NCBI RefSeq assembly: GCF_009914755.1
Contig: NC_060946.1
DNA from: the human T2T-CHM13v2.0 reference genome, Homo sapiens
Reading direction: 5' to 3' (one strand)
DNA: 64,000 nt
Under the pieces are notes generated by a model, which saw only the letters and a program-made list of their open reading frames with translations, was not told the origin of the DNA and made no database searches. Shown in pieces: positions 1-13,789 of the stretch (position 1 is its first letter; each line of letters begins with the position of its first letter). The position numbers and the translations under genes were made by a program.

Positions 1-56
1 ATAGTGTGTGTGTGCGTGTATATAGGTATGTATGTATATATATAATTTTTAATTAA

Positions 57-328
57 AGAGATGGGGTCTCTGTCACCCAGGGTAGAGTGCAGTGGCATGG
101 TCACACCGCAGCAGTGAACCCCTGGGCTGAAGCCACCCTCCTGCCTCAGTCTCTAGAGTAGCTGGGACTACAGGCCCAACACCACTTTTTCTTTCTGCCT
201 TTTTTTTTTTGTAGAGATGGGGTGTCGCTGTGTTGCCCAGGCTGGTCTTGAACTCCTGGCCTCAAGCAATTCTCCCACCTTAGCCTCCCAAAGTGCTGGG
301 ATTACAGGTGTGAGCCACTGTGCTTGGC
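57..328 (-). mobile_element. AluJ-like SINE
   Basis: Diverged dimeric Alu sequence (gagtgcagtgg...cccaaagtgctgggattacagg). Confidence 0.85.
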
Positions 329-1335
329 CCCATTTTTACAGAGAAACTGAGACCCAGATATATTGTGACTTGCTTAAGATGTCACTACGAATAAGGGGAC
401 ACGCCGAGATTCAAACCTAGATCTCTTTGACTCAAAAACCCTGTTTTATTACTTTTTCCTTTATGAAAACTACACCACGCAGGCTCGCCTGAGTCCTCAT
501 AACATCTTTATTGCTAATTAAGAAAAGGCGGCTTCCTTCAGCTGAAGCAGCTCTGAGCCAGATGCCAAAGGGGCAAGGACTAGATTTCAGCCAGCCTCCC
601 TTACCAGATGTCACGTCAGCTGAGCACATTTTCAGAGGACATGCCACCTGTATAACCTCCATGACCTGTGGAGTCTGGTGGCCCTGACTCCACACTGGCA
701 CCAGGAGCCTCAGGTCCTGACTCAAGCCTTGCCATTAACTCGCTGTGTGACCGTGGGTAAGTCACTCCCCTTCTCTGGGCTTCTGGGCCCTCATTTGTAA
801 AATAAGGTCATTGGACTGTACATCAAACATCCCTCCCGATCTGAACATTTTTGTGAGCTTGTGGAACACTAAATTGGATTAAATTGCAGCATCAGTTTAG
901 CATCTGATTATATTACATGGCTTTGATTCATTACCTCTTTCATGATTGTATAGGCGAGTAGATGGGAGGTCACATTTATCTCAAACACCTCTAGGGCCAA
1001 CCAGGTATGTAAATAAATAAAGCAGGCAAATATAAGAAAAGTAATGAGGCTTTCAAAAATTTGCCCACTTGAGATAAAAACAGTCCAGAGAACTATTTCT
1101 CTGAAGAGGTGCAAGCATAAAGAACATAGCAATTGCCCCTCTCTGTCACTATGGAAGTGAGGAGTAGGGCTGGAGGCAAACGCAGGAGCCCCTAGGAGCC
1201 CTTGCTCTGATCAAGGAAGCCGCTGTTAGTAACGCCAGGGACAGTTGCTGTATAGAAACACAGGCCCATTGTTTCTAGAGCTTCTGTGCTATCAAGAGAT
1301 GCTGGAAATCTAGATGTTTAAGCAACACCTCTTGA

Positions 1336-1638
1336 TTTTTTTTTTTTTTTTTTTTTTGAGACGGAGTCTTGCACTATTATCCGGGCTAGAGTGCAGTGGC
1401 GCGATCTCGGCTCACTGCAACCTCCTCTGTCTCCTGGGTTAAGAGATTCTCCTGCCTCAGCCTCTCAAATAGCTGGGATTACAGGCGTCCGCCACCACGC
1501 CCAGCTAATTTTTTGTATTTTTAGTAGAGACAGGGTTTCCCCATATTGGCCAGGCTGGTCTCGAACTCCTGACCTTGTGATTCGCCCACCTCAGCCTCCC
1601 AAAGTGCTGGGATTACAGGTGTGAGTCACCGCGCCCAG
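1336..1638 (-). mobile_element. AluS SINE
   Basis: Poly-T tail, full dimer, TSD cacctc(t/c)tgatttt. Confidence 0.9.
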
Positions 1639-3125
1639 CTCACCTCCTGATTTTTAAATGTTGGTTACTTTTGGGTTTTCTAAACCCACCGCAGTTCAAA
1701 TAAAACATTTGTTTTCTACTTTTATCTTCAGTTTCCCCTGATTCGCCTCCCTTCCCAGGTTGATATCTTAGAAAATGTGAATACCCATTCATTAATTCAG
1801 TAACTCTTTGTTGAGTCCCTATCATATACCTGGGATTTATCAAGAGAGACACCCTAGTTACTGGATTCAGAGACCAGAGTGCTAACCATTACCACTGCCC
1901 TAGTTATTTCTTTCGGCTTCTTGGCAAAGCAAACAATTTAGTATTTTTCATATGAGCACATACACAAAATATTAACATATATAGAAAGTATTTGCCTAAG
2001 CACAGACATGAAGCTTATTAAAAGAAAATTTCACTTTTACTGAGTTGAAATGAACAGCAAGTTCAAAATAATAATGTGATTTGTTAATTGGGGAACTCAA
2101 TGAAAGCGTTGTTTTTCATTAGCCTTGTTATTTTTAATCTGAGCGTTAATTCACTGGGCATTTTCTTTAATTACCTTAATTGGTTTTAAATTGATTGTTT
2201 TTCAACTCACTAAAAGTGTGTTTAGCCTCATTTCCCTTAAAATAATATCTCTTTATCAAGCATGTTTTACTCTGGGCCAGAGAGGAAATCAGAATACAGT
2301 AGCTCTCTGTTTTAAAACGGCTCTGTTCAAATGTGCTTTTAAAAAGCAGGTCCCAGGGCAGAGGGGAAAGGAGGGTGTGGGGCAGAGGCACAGCCAGGAG
2401 CCTGGTAGAGTGAGGAATATGTAGTTTCGGAACACTTATTACTATAGAATTCTTGCTGGGTAACGGGGCACTGCATTAGTTACAAGGATTGTTAATAATA
2501 AACATGAAAAGCAATATGTATAAGACACACGTTATTAATAGTAAGCATTATGTCATAGTTATTCGTAGTAAATTATTAGTAGTAAGAACTGACACCTTCT
2601 ACGCACTATCTCTGTGTCTGATGCCTTGCTAATTGCTTCACCTGCATTTATCTCATGGACAAGCACCCCATCCTTAAACATGGAAGCTGTTATTTCCTCC
2701 TTTACACTGAGGAAACTGAGGCCCCGAGAAGTAATATGACTTGCCTAACACTGCAAAGGCAGTGAGATACGGAACTGGATTCAAACACACTAGATCTGCC
2801 TGAAGGAGAATACTAATGTGTATTTTATACAGGCATACCTTGTTTTATTGTGGTCCATTTTATTTCAGTTTGCAGATACTGTGTTTTTTCTAAATTGGAG
2901 GGTTGTGACGACCTTGCATTGAGCAAGTCTGTCAATGCTGTCCTTCCAACAGCATGTACTCATGTGGTGTCTGTGCCTCACATTTGACAATTGTCACAAA
3001 TTTCAAACTTTTAAATTATTATTATATCTGTTATGGTGATCCGTAATCAGTGATCTTTGATACTACTATTGTATTAATAATTGTTTTTGGGTGCCATGAA
3101 CCACACCCATATAAGACAGTGAACT

Positions 3126-3532
<407 letters not shown>

Positions 3533-4623
3533 CTAGACACAACAATATTGAAATTGGACCAGTTAAGAACCCAATAATGGCCTCTAAATATTCAAGTGAA
3601 AGGGAAAGTCACACATCTCTTACTTTTAAATAAAAAAACTAGAAATGATTAAGCTTAGTGAGGAGGGCATGTTGAAAGCCAAGACAAGCTGAAAATTAGG
3701 CCTCTTGCACCAGAAAGTTAGCTAAGTTGTGAATGTGAAGGAAAAGTTCTTGAAAGAAATTAAATGTGCCACTCCAGTGAACACACAAATGATAAGAAAT
3801 CAAAACAGCCTCATTGCTGATACGGAAAAATTTGAGTGGTCTGGAAAGAAGATCAAACCAGACGCAACATTGCCTTAAGCCAAAGCCTAATCCAGAGCAA
3901 GGCCCTAACTACTTTCAATCCTATGAAGGCTGAGAGAGGTGAGAAAGCTAAAGAAGAAAAGTTGGAAGCTAGCAGAGGTTGGTGGGTGAAGTCTCAGGAA
4001 AGAAGCTATCTCCATAACAAAAACTGCAAGGTGAAGCTGCAAGTGCTGACGAAGAAGCTGCAGCAAGTTATCCAGAAGAACTAGCTTAGATTATTGATGA
4101 AAGTGGCTGTGCTAAACAACAGATTTTCAGTGTAGATGGAACAGCCTTCTATTGGAAGAAGATACTATCTAGGGCTTTCATAGCTAAAGAGGAGAAGTCA
4201 ATGCCTGGCTTCAAAGCTTCAAAGGATAGGCTGACTCTCTTGTTGGGGCTAGTGCAGCCGGTGACTTAGAGTTGAAGCCAGTGCTCATTAACCATTCTGG
4301 AAATCCTAGGGCCCTTAAGAATGATGCTAAATCTACTCTGCCTGTGCTGTGTAAATGGAAAAACAAAGCCTGGATAACAGCATAGTATTTCCAATATGGT
4401 TCATTGAATATTTTAAGCCTACTGTTGAGACCTAGTGTTCAGAAAAAAGATTCTTTTCAAAATATTACTGCTCATTGACAATGCATCTATCCACACAATA
4501 GTTCTGATGGAGATGTACAAGATAATTTTGTTTTCATGCCTTTTAATACATATCACGTCTTTTAGTTCATGGATCAAGGAGTAATTTAAAATCTGAGGTC
4601 ATATTATTTTAAAAATACATTTT

Positions 4624-4919
4624 GGCCAGGTGCAGTGGCTCATGCCTGTAATCCCAGCACTTTGGGAGGCCGAGGCGGGTGGCTCACAAGGTAAGGAGTT
4701 CAAGACCAGCCTGGACAACATGGTGAAACTCCATCTCTACTAAAAATACAAAAATTAGCTGGGCATGGTGGCGCGTGCCTGTAATCCCAGCTACTTGAGA
4801 GGCTGAGGCAGGAGAACTGCTTGAACCAGGACCCGCGAGGTGGAGCTTGCGGTCAGCCGAGATTGCACCACTGAACTCCAGCTTGGGCTATAGAGCGAGA
4901 CTCTGTCTCAAAAAAAAAA
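4624..4919 (+). mobile_element. AluS in Tigger1
   Basis: Full Alu dimer with A-tail; TSD degenerate. Confidence 0.9.
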
Positions 4920-5320
4920 TTTTTTTCATAAAGCTATAGTTGCCATAGACAGTGATTCCTCTGATGGATCTTGGCAAAGGAAATTGAAAACCTTCTGGAA
5001 ATGATTTACCTTTCTAGATGCCATTAATAATATTTGGGATTCATAGGAGGAGATCAAAATAGCAACATTAACAGGAGTTTGGAAGTTGATTCCCATCCTT
5101 ATGGATGACTGTGAGGGGTTCAAAACTTCAGTGGAGGAAGTAAGTGAAGATGTCGTGGAAATAGCAAGAGAACTAAAATAAGAAGTGAAGCCTGAAGATG
5201 TGATGGAATTACTGCAGCCTCGTGATAAAACTTGAATTGATGAGGAGCTGCTTCTTATGGATAAGCTAATAAAGTGACTTCTTGAGATGTAATCTACTCC
5301 TGATAAAGATGCTATGAAGG

Positions 5321-5620
5321 GGCCGGGCGCAGTGGCTCATGCCTGTAATCCCAGCACTTTGGGAGGCTGAGGCGGGCGGATCACGAGGTCGGGAGATCGA
5401 GACCAGCCTGGCAAACACGGTGAAACCCCGTCTCTACTAAAAAATATACAAAAAATTAGCCGGGAGTGTTGGTGGGCACCTGTAGTCCCAGCTACTCGGG
5501 AGGCTGAGGCAGGAGAATGGCATGAACCCGGGAAAGCGGAGTTTGCAGTGAGCGGAGATCACGCCATAGCACTCCAGCCTGGGCGACAAGGAGACTCCGT
5601 CTCAAAAAAAAAAAAAAAAA
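5321..5620 (+). mobile_element. AluY-like in Tigger1
   Basis: Y-type positions (gagatcgagacc, aggagaatggcatgaacccggg); TSD atgctatgaag. Confidence 0.88.
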
Positions 5621-6350
5621 TGCTATGAAGATTGATGAAAAGACAACAAAAGGATTTAGAATATTACGTAAACTTAGTTGATAAAGCAGCAGCAGGTTTT
5701 GCGAGGACTGACTTCAAGTTTGAAAGAAGTTCTACTATGGGTAAAATGCTATCACACAGCATCACGTACTGCAGAGAAATCTTGTGTGAAAGGGTGAGTC
5801 AATGCATGCAGCTAACTTCACTGTTGCCTTATTTTTATAAATTGCCTCAGTCACCCCTTGCTTCAACAACCAGTACCCTGATCAGTAAGCAGCCATCAGT
5901 ATTGAGGCAAGACCCTCCATCAGCAGAAAGGTTACTATTCACCTAGGGCTCAGACGATTGTTAGTAATAAAGTATTTTATCATTAAGGTATGTACTTTGT
6001 TTTTTTCAGACATAATGCTATTGTACTTAAGAGACTACAGTGTAGTGTAAACATAGCTTTTATATGCACCAAAAAATTTGTGTGACTCCCTTTATTCTGA
6101 TATTTACTATATACTGGGGTGGTCTTGAACCGAACCAGCAATATCTCTGAGGTATGTCTGTACACAGTTGTGTACAATTATACAATTTCCCTTTTCTTAA
6201 AAATATCTCCTGCTTTTCCAGAAGGAGAAACACAAACAAGAAAAATGAATGGGACATTTTATCTAAGACCTGTGGAAGAGGAAGCCATTTGGTGGCCAAG
6301 GTTGACTTTTTTTCACAAAGTAATGAATCTGTTGCTTTTAATAATAGTGA

Positions 6351-6713
<363 letters not shown>

Positions 6714-7225
6714 TCTGATAGGTTTTTAAGAAGATCCTTAAAAGATTGCAGCGAGACTGCCTGCTTTGGTTTCTTGGTGCACAGGTGCTCTGAAGCTCCA
6801 TGCTGGTGCCAGAGCGAGTGTGCCCAGGAGGTTTTGATTGCAAGAGAGGATACGGGGCGGATTTCTCTCAAGACTGCATGCAAGAATATCAGAGCAGCTG
6901 ATATTCTTTGAGAAAGTTAGTTAGCCATTGCCCTGATTGCTTTTCATCTTTTTACAATAGTTTGTCCATTCTCTAATAAGTGGTGGAATGTAGTAATGCT
7001 GGAATATATTTGAGGAGGAATTTCAATGGCCAAGGTTTTATAGATGATCTTCCCTTTTTCTATCTTTCTTACTCTAGCTGGTCGACTCACAAATCTATCA
7101 TCAGGCACCACTCATTGAAATGAATAAACACTTCCTAGGTTTGAAAGGTCTGAAAGGCCAGACTTGTAAATCTACCATTTTCTGCCTCCTTGGGCAAAGC
7201 CTCAACTTTTACCTCGCAGTAGAAA

Positions 7226-7610
<385 letters not shown>

Positions 7611-7812
7611 TTAATAAATTAACCTTCTATTTCCCTTCTCCTTTCTTGACTTTTTAAAGAGTTTGACCAACCCCATAGTCTCATTCATTCTGTGGATAAA
7701 GTATTCAGGTGCATTTTCCCAGAGCCCCTTGTGGGAATCACATGTGGATCCCTCGGTGCATTTCAGCACCCTCACTGCATGCTTTCTTGCAGTGGCTCGT
7801 CCTGGGTCATAC

Positions 7813-7900
7813 CTTGCGGAGGTGGGCGTGGCTGGGGCTGGCCTAGCTGAGGCCCCAGCTGGGCTTGCCCTGGGGATTTCGCTGATTTAATCTGTGGAGC
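7813..7900 (-). CDS. SYN3: Synapsin III coding exon (88 nt): APQIKSAKSPGQAQLGPQLGQPQPRPPPQ(G), Pro/Gln-rich domain J region
   Basis: Pyrimidine tract then ctag|GCT acceptor; G|gtatga donor; in frame after the 135-nt exon. The next exon is not seen and presumably lies below position 1. Confidence 0.93.
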
Positions 7901-8768
7901 CTAGAGCAGAAGAGAAAAGAAGCCTGTTGGTATCACCACAGCCCTTTACTTCCTGGGTGAGAGGGCAGCATTTATGAAGATCTTTTTATCATTGAGAAGA
8001 GACTCTTACACATAAAGTGTACAGTTCTGGAGTATACAGTGTAGTGAAGTTCTATATGTGTATACGTCGGTGTAACCACTGCCCAGATCAAAACAGAGGG
8101 CATTCTCTGCGATAAAGCCTGCCCCGTGCCCCTTCCCAGCCAGCAGCCCCGTCAGTATAATAACTACGATTCTGATGTTTGTTATCATAGATTACTTTCT
8201 GTGGGGAAATCTGGGGTGGGAGGTGGAAGTTTGGGGACTTGCTTTTACATAAAGCTGGGGAGCTGGCAAATTCTTTGGAGAGCAGTCTGGTAATCCATGG
8301 TGGGAACTGTGGAGGGGAGGAGCGACGTGGGAGCTCATCGAGGTTGGGGAAAATGGGAGACACAATAGCGTCCATTGACTGGTTCCCTGGGAGCACACAG
8401 AGGGCTTGTGTGTCCATATGCTCTCGCACACGCACGCACACACATCCTGCTCAGGCCCAGCACCGAGGGCACAGAAGGGACAGCAGTCGATCATCTCTGC
8501 CCACAGTGCCCAAAGGCCATTTGAGACAAGATTGTTCTCCCCAGGATGGTGAAGAAGGGAAGGGGCCTCTGAAAGCCTCCTCAATTCACTTACTGGGGCA
8601 GGCTGTGAAAGCTCTCCCCAATGTCTGGCCTTCGTCCACACCCCCATTCCTTCTCCCCAAGGTGGTTTCTTCCTGGGGGTATCCCCTTTGGATCCAGGGG
8701 CTCCCCATTTCCAGACAGCCTGGCATTTCTCATGGCTATAAAGTCTCCTTTGATCGTGAGGGTCTTAC

Positions 8769-8903
8769 CCAAGGTCTGAGGGGGGAGGGCGCTGTGCCTC
8801 CTGGCATCGGGAGCTGGCTCATTTTGGAGACAACAAGGTCGGCCATCAGCTGTCTGTCCTCTTCCACATGCTCTCCAATCAGCGGCATTGAGCTGTCCAT
8901 TAC
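8769..8903 (-). CDS. SYN3: Synapsin III coding exon (135 nt): VMDSSMPLIGEHVEEDRQLMADLVVSKMSQLPMPGGTAPSPLRPW
   Basis: End of synapsin domain C (SSMPLIG motif); ccccacag|GTA acceptor and TGG|gtaaga donor; phase 0-0. Confidence 0.97.
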
Positions 8904-9362
8904 CTGTGGGGAGGAAGGGAGAGCTGAGGGACCCCCATGCCAGGAGAGATGGCGGTTGGGCATCACATCCCAGAAGTGGGGGCTCAGGGCTCAGGACAGA
9001 AGTGACCACCAGATGGCGATGTCCTCCATGCAAATCACCTCCAGCTGGGACTGGCCGGCAGCGACATCAGTTCCCTTCGGTTCAGTCTAAACCACTCCCT
9101 GGAGGTAGTTCAATTCGGCCCACGTTTGCTGGATGACAGCAATGCGACAAGGGCCAGGGAGCCTCTGCCGACCTTTTCTGTGCTTTTCTTTGGGGAGCCG
9201 CTCTCCGCCCCCTCCTTTCTCACCCTGGCCCCCTCCCAGGGTCGGGGCTGGCCACCTCTCCTTTGGCCCCAGGTCAAGGCTGCTTTCCACAAAGCAGAAA
9301 CAGTAAAGGTGGGGGCTTGATCATGACAAAAATATGACGCGGGCTGGAGTTGACCCAGGGTT

Positions 9363-9530
9363 CAGAGGAAAGAGGGAAGAGGAAAGGCCTGTTTTCCGAG
9401 GCCCTGGCAAAACACAGGCGGGAGGGAAAAGCATTCCACAGGGAGCTGGGCTGTTCTCAAAGTGCTTCTATCGGGAGGAACCTGAGGGATCCGAGTTTCC
9501 CCTTCTGCTGTTTTTACAAATAGAGCAACT
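9363..9530. repeat. Donor copy of a 168-bp inverted duplication (partner at 10853-11020)
   Basis: Manual alignment to the reverse complement of 10853-11020 gives 157/168 identical with no gaps. Confidence 0.95.
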
Positions 9531-10604
9531 GAGGCCCAGAGATGGGAGGGGACTTGCCCAAGGTCACACAGGCCAATGCTCCACGTGATTCCCTGGGCAT
9601 GGGAAGCTATGGGAGATCTGGAAGGGGTGTCTGTCAGGCCTTGGCGCATCTGCGGAACAGCTGGCCGCGTCACCCTCTCTGCTCCACTGCAGGAGTCGGC
9701 GGCCTGCATTCACCCACGCCACCCCATCAGACTCACCGTCTTGTCTCCCCTGTTCCCACGCTCTGGACATATTAGGTTTTCTCTCTCCTCCAGGTTCTTA
9801 TGTAATCCCTCTACCCACTCCTTACCTGGCCAACTCCTTTCATCCAACAGGGAACAGCTAACTAGGTCTTCCTCCAGGAAGCCCTCTCTGATAGTGCAAG
9901 CTCTGACGAGCCACCTGACAACTGTATCCTGCCGTTCTCACCTGGTTTCACACGGGACAGCTTATCCACGGCACTGTCACCCCTTGCTTACTATGTCTCC
10001 ACCACCAGACTGGGAGCCCCCAAGGTTAGGAATGGGCCCCGTGTCCTGCTAAGCAGGTGTGCCCTCCACAGACACCTGTTTAGTGGAGGAATAAGACGCC
10101 CTTGTGATAAGCCCGGCTCATAAGGATAAGGATACTAAGAAGCGCCGTATTTTATGGGGCATTTCCTACGTGCTACGCTCTATTCTAAGCATTGGGTGTG
10201 GAGGATCTCTCATAAACCTCAGAATAGCTCTTTGAGGCAGTACTATTATCCTCATTGTAATCAAGAGGAAGCAGAGGGTCAAAGAAGTGGCAAGGTCAAG
10301 GACACAGCACTGGCAACCCATGGTCCTCCCACTGCATCAGGCTAATTCCCACCAAGCACTGGAACAGCACACCAGGGTAGGAACTGAGAAGAGGGAACCT
10401 GGGTTCCAGGCTTGGCTTCTGCTGTGTATTTGCTCTGTGATCTTGGGCAAGTTTCTTTTCCTCTACGGGCCTATTTTTTTTTTTTTTTTTCTCAACAGTG
10501 AACTGAGGGATCTGGGCAGCTGCTAAGACCCTTCCAGCTGGGACTTGTAGGGATCTGTGAGTTTAAGCACCCACTTTGATTAGGAAACTGAAAAGCTAGC
10601 TTAA

Positions 10605-11075
<471 letters not shown>

Positions 11076-13686
11076 ATGTGAGTACTGCTTCTAGCAGGGT
11101 CCTGAGCTCTGCGCAGGTCGTACCTGGGACTGAGGCCTCCTGGATCCCAGCGCCCCAGACAGGGACAGTCTCTCAGTCACCACTGGCTGAGCTCTGACTG
11201 TGGAGTCTGCCGCGAAGGTACACAGGCTTGCTGCACCCTGCCTGTCCTCTCTCCCCCTGCCCCTGCCAACCCCATTTTATTCTGGTCTCTGTTTCCTACA
11301 TTCCCTGCAGTGGAAAACAGCCACCGCAAGGAACCTGAGGTTCATTTTGGAATCCCCACGGTAGAGACAGCCAAAGGAAGTGGCCACCCTCGTCTCCCCA
11401 GGGAAACATTTTTCCAGTGAGCAATGTCATTCCCCGGACAAGGTCAGAGAGGACAAGTTCAAGGGTCTTTTCCCCTGAGTATTTCACTGTGAGCCTCTTC
11501 ACAAAACATTTCACACACATTTTCAGTTCTCACCACAGAGATGGCTGAAGAAACCAGTGTTTTGGGATCTCTTCTGCCTTTTTTTTTTCCCTTACTGGGG
11601 GAAAATACCTTTTATATTTCTGGTAACAAGCTTCCCATCTCCCCTGACCCCACTCCAAACTCAAAAGCAAAGGAAACAACTCTGCAATGTTTCTGCGAGG
11701 ACAAAAAAATCTGAAAAGCTATCTTTCATTTTTCCTCTGGAACATTCTTGGGAGATGTTGTTTTCTTATTTTTTGAAGTCCGAGCCCACTACTTTTACTT
11801 TTTTTTTTTTTTTTTTTAATGTGAAAGGTCTTTCATCCCCAACCCTCTGAATGGCTAAAGGCAGGAAGCCTGAGCCCATGAACACAGATTTTTTTTTTTT
11901 TCCCTAAGACTGAAAGCTGAGACCCGGAGAGGTAGGGGCTCACAGGGGACAGAGAGACTGCTGGTGCAAGGGAGGAGCTGGCCTTTGGGGGTCAGGGCAG
12001 TCCGGGAGCTCTAGGAGACAGGGCCCCTGCTCTTGTGTTTGCAGTTGTACTGTGTCCACCTGGCTTGGGGGCTGGCTCCTGGAGCAGCGGCTCAGTGAAT
12101 AAACAAATGAGTGCGTGTGTGCCAAATCTGGGTTCATGTCTGGTGGTCCCCGTGAGGGGATGCAGAGGCAGGAGGACCTGGTGGGGTCTCAGGAGCTGCC
12201 GTGCTGGGGGTTCCTGCCCCACCTCTGGGCTGAAGCTCCCAGAAGGCGAGGGACCGGCTCCTCCAGGGAGCAACTGTACAGGTCAAGGAGTCTGTTCCCA
12301 GCCCCTTCCATGGCTCCTCCAAGTAGGGGCTACTTGGGGAATTTCAGGTGTGGTGGCGGCCAGAGGGAAGGCGTTTCCGGGCCTTGAGAGGAGAGCTGTT
12401 CTCCAGAGTGGGACTAGGTCTGCTAATGCAGATGCAGCTCTTCCTGCAGGAGCTTCCTGGCCTCTCTGGGGAGGAGAGAGGGGCTGTGTTCATCCTGGAC
12501 TCCCTCCTCCTACCTCCAAGGCCTGGGTGTGAACACCCTCCTGGCATGACTGGGCTCCCACCCACTGAGTCACCTGGTCCTGCTTGGCCGTGGGCCCCTG
12601 GGGAGCGAGGCAGACATGAGAGACGGGAGGACCGGCTGGCTCCTGTGGTCACCCCAGCCATGTGCTTCCCATTAGCCGCCCACACCCCGGGGAGGGGACG
12701 GCCGCAGGGCTCTCCCTCACGTGTCCTGGCCTTGTGTCAGCACCGCCCATGGAAGGAGGGGGCTGGACGCGGCACTGGAGCTGTGAGTGTGGAGATGGGA
12801 AGTTATGGCGGACTCTGAGGCCAGAGGGGCCTTTTCAGGGGAAAGCAGTGGAGAGCCATGGGACATGGAGTGGGGGGGCAGGGAAGAAGAGTTGGGGAGG
12901 GGACGGGAGGGCTGTGGGACCGTGAGAGACACTGGGAAGACATGGAGGAGAGGTGGGGGTTAGTGGGATACGGGGAAACAGAGAGAGGAAGCGGCGGGGA
13001 TGGGAGGACTATAGGATTGGGAGAGGCATGGGCTGCTGGAGGGTCTTGAGAGAGATTCCAGGACCCACAGCCCCTCTGTGAGCCCTCTGTTACCATTCTG
13101 TTTCCCTACATCTTTCCCTCTATTCATGCCCCTGTACCATTCCATCCCCCTTCCAAATCCTCAATGCTCTGCCACTGTTTCTCACCCTCTCCCCTGCCAG
13201 CCTGCACACCCCATGTCTATTATGTCCACGGCTGTATCCCCAGAGCCACACCCATGCTTAGCCCATGGGAGCCCCCTAAGGCCATGTTTGTTGAATGAAC
13301 AAATGATGGACTGTCTGCATGGTGACCAAGGAAGGTGCCCATTTCACATGCTTGGACACTGGGGAAATGGAAGGGGCCCCATGGGACAGTATCTTGTTGA
13401 CCCTTGACCAGATGCCCTTTCCTTCCCTTAGGCCTGTGGGTTGGGGATGTTGTTCAACCTCGGGCCCTGAGGTCTCCCGACTCAGTTCCAAGTCCCCAGG
13501 CATGAAGCCTTTCGATGCCTCTGAGGGTGGGAAGGAGCCTCCAGAAGCAACTCACTGAGGCCTGGGTTGCGTGTGCCCTGGAGCCAGGACACAGCTGATG
13601 GTGCCAAAGACCATGCAGGGATTCCCTCCCCCTGGCACGCCTGCCAGGCTGGACCAGCCAGGAGGACTCCCTGCTTCATCCCTCAC

Positions 13687-13789
13687 CTCGATGATGTAAT
13701 CTCTGCCATCCTTGCTGTGGACAGCCTTGACGGCACAGATGTCCAGGCCGCCAAACATTTCCGAGCAGCTGTCCACCCACAGCCTGTAC
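13687..13789 (-). CDS. SYN3: Synapsin III coding exon (103 nt): (R)[34 protein letters not shown]
   Basis: [12 protein letters not shown]-grasp segment of synapsins, with Lys in AVKAV as in synapsin II/III rather than the Glu of synapsin I; ctgcag|G acceptor and GAG|gtgagg donor. Confidence 0.97.

Noticed and set aside
3836-5946. Transposase-like ORFs as a possible domesticated TIGD-type gene
   Set aside because: Fragmented by stop codons, frameshifts and Alu insertions.
7762-7782. TTCAGCACC REST/RE1 left half-site (also near 20607)
   Set aside because: The GGACAG right half is absent at the expected spacing.
8239-9090. 283-aa plus-strand ORF antisense to the 135-nt exon
   Set aside because: Non-ATG start, no recognisable domain, GC-rich shadow ORF overlapping a real exon.
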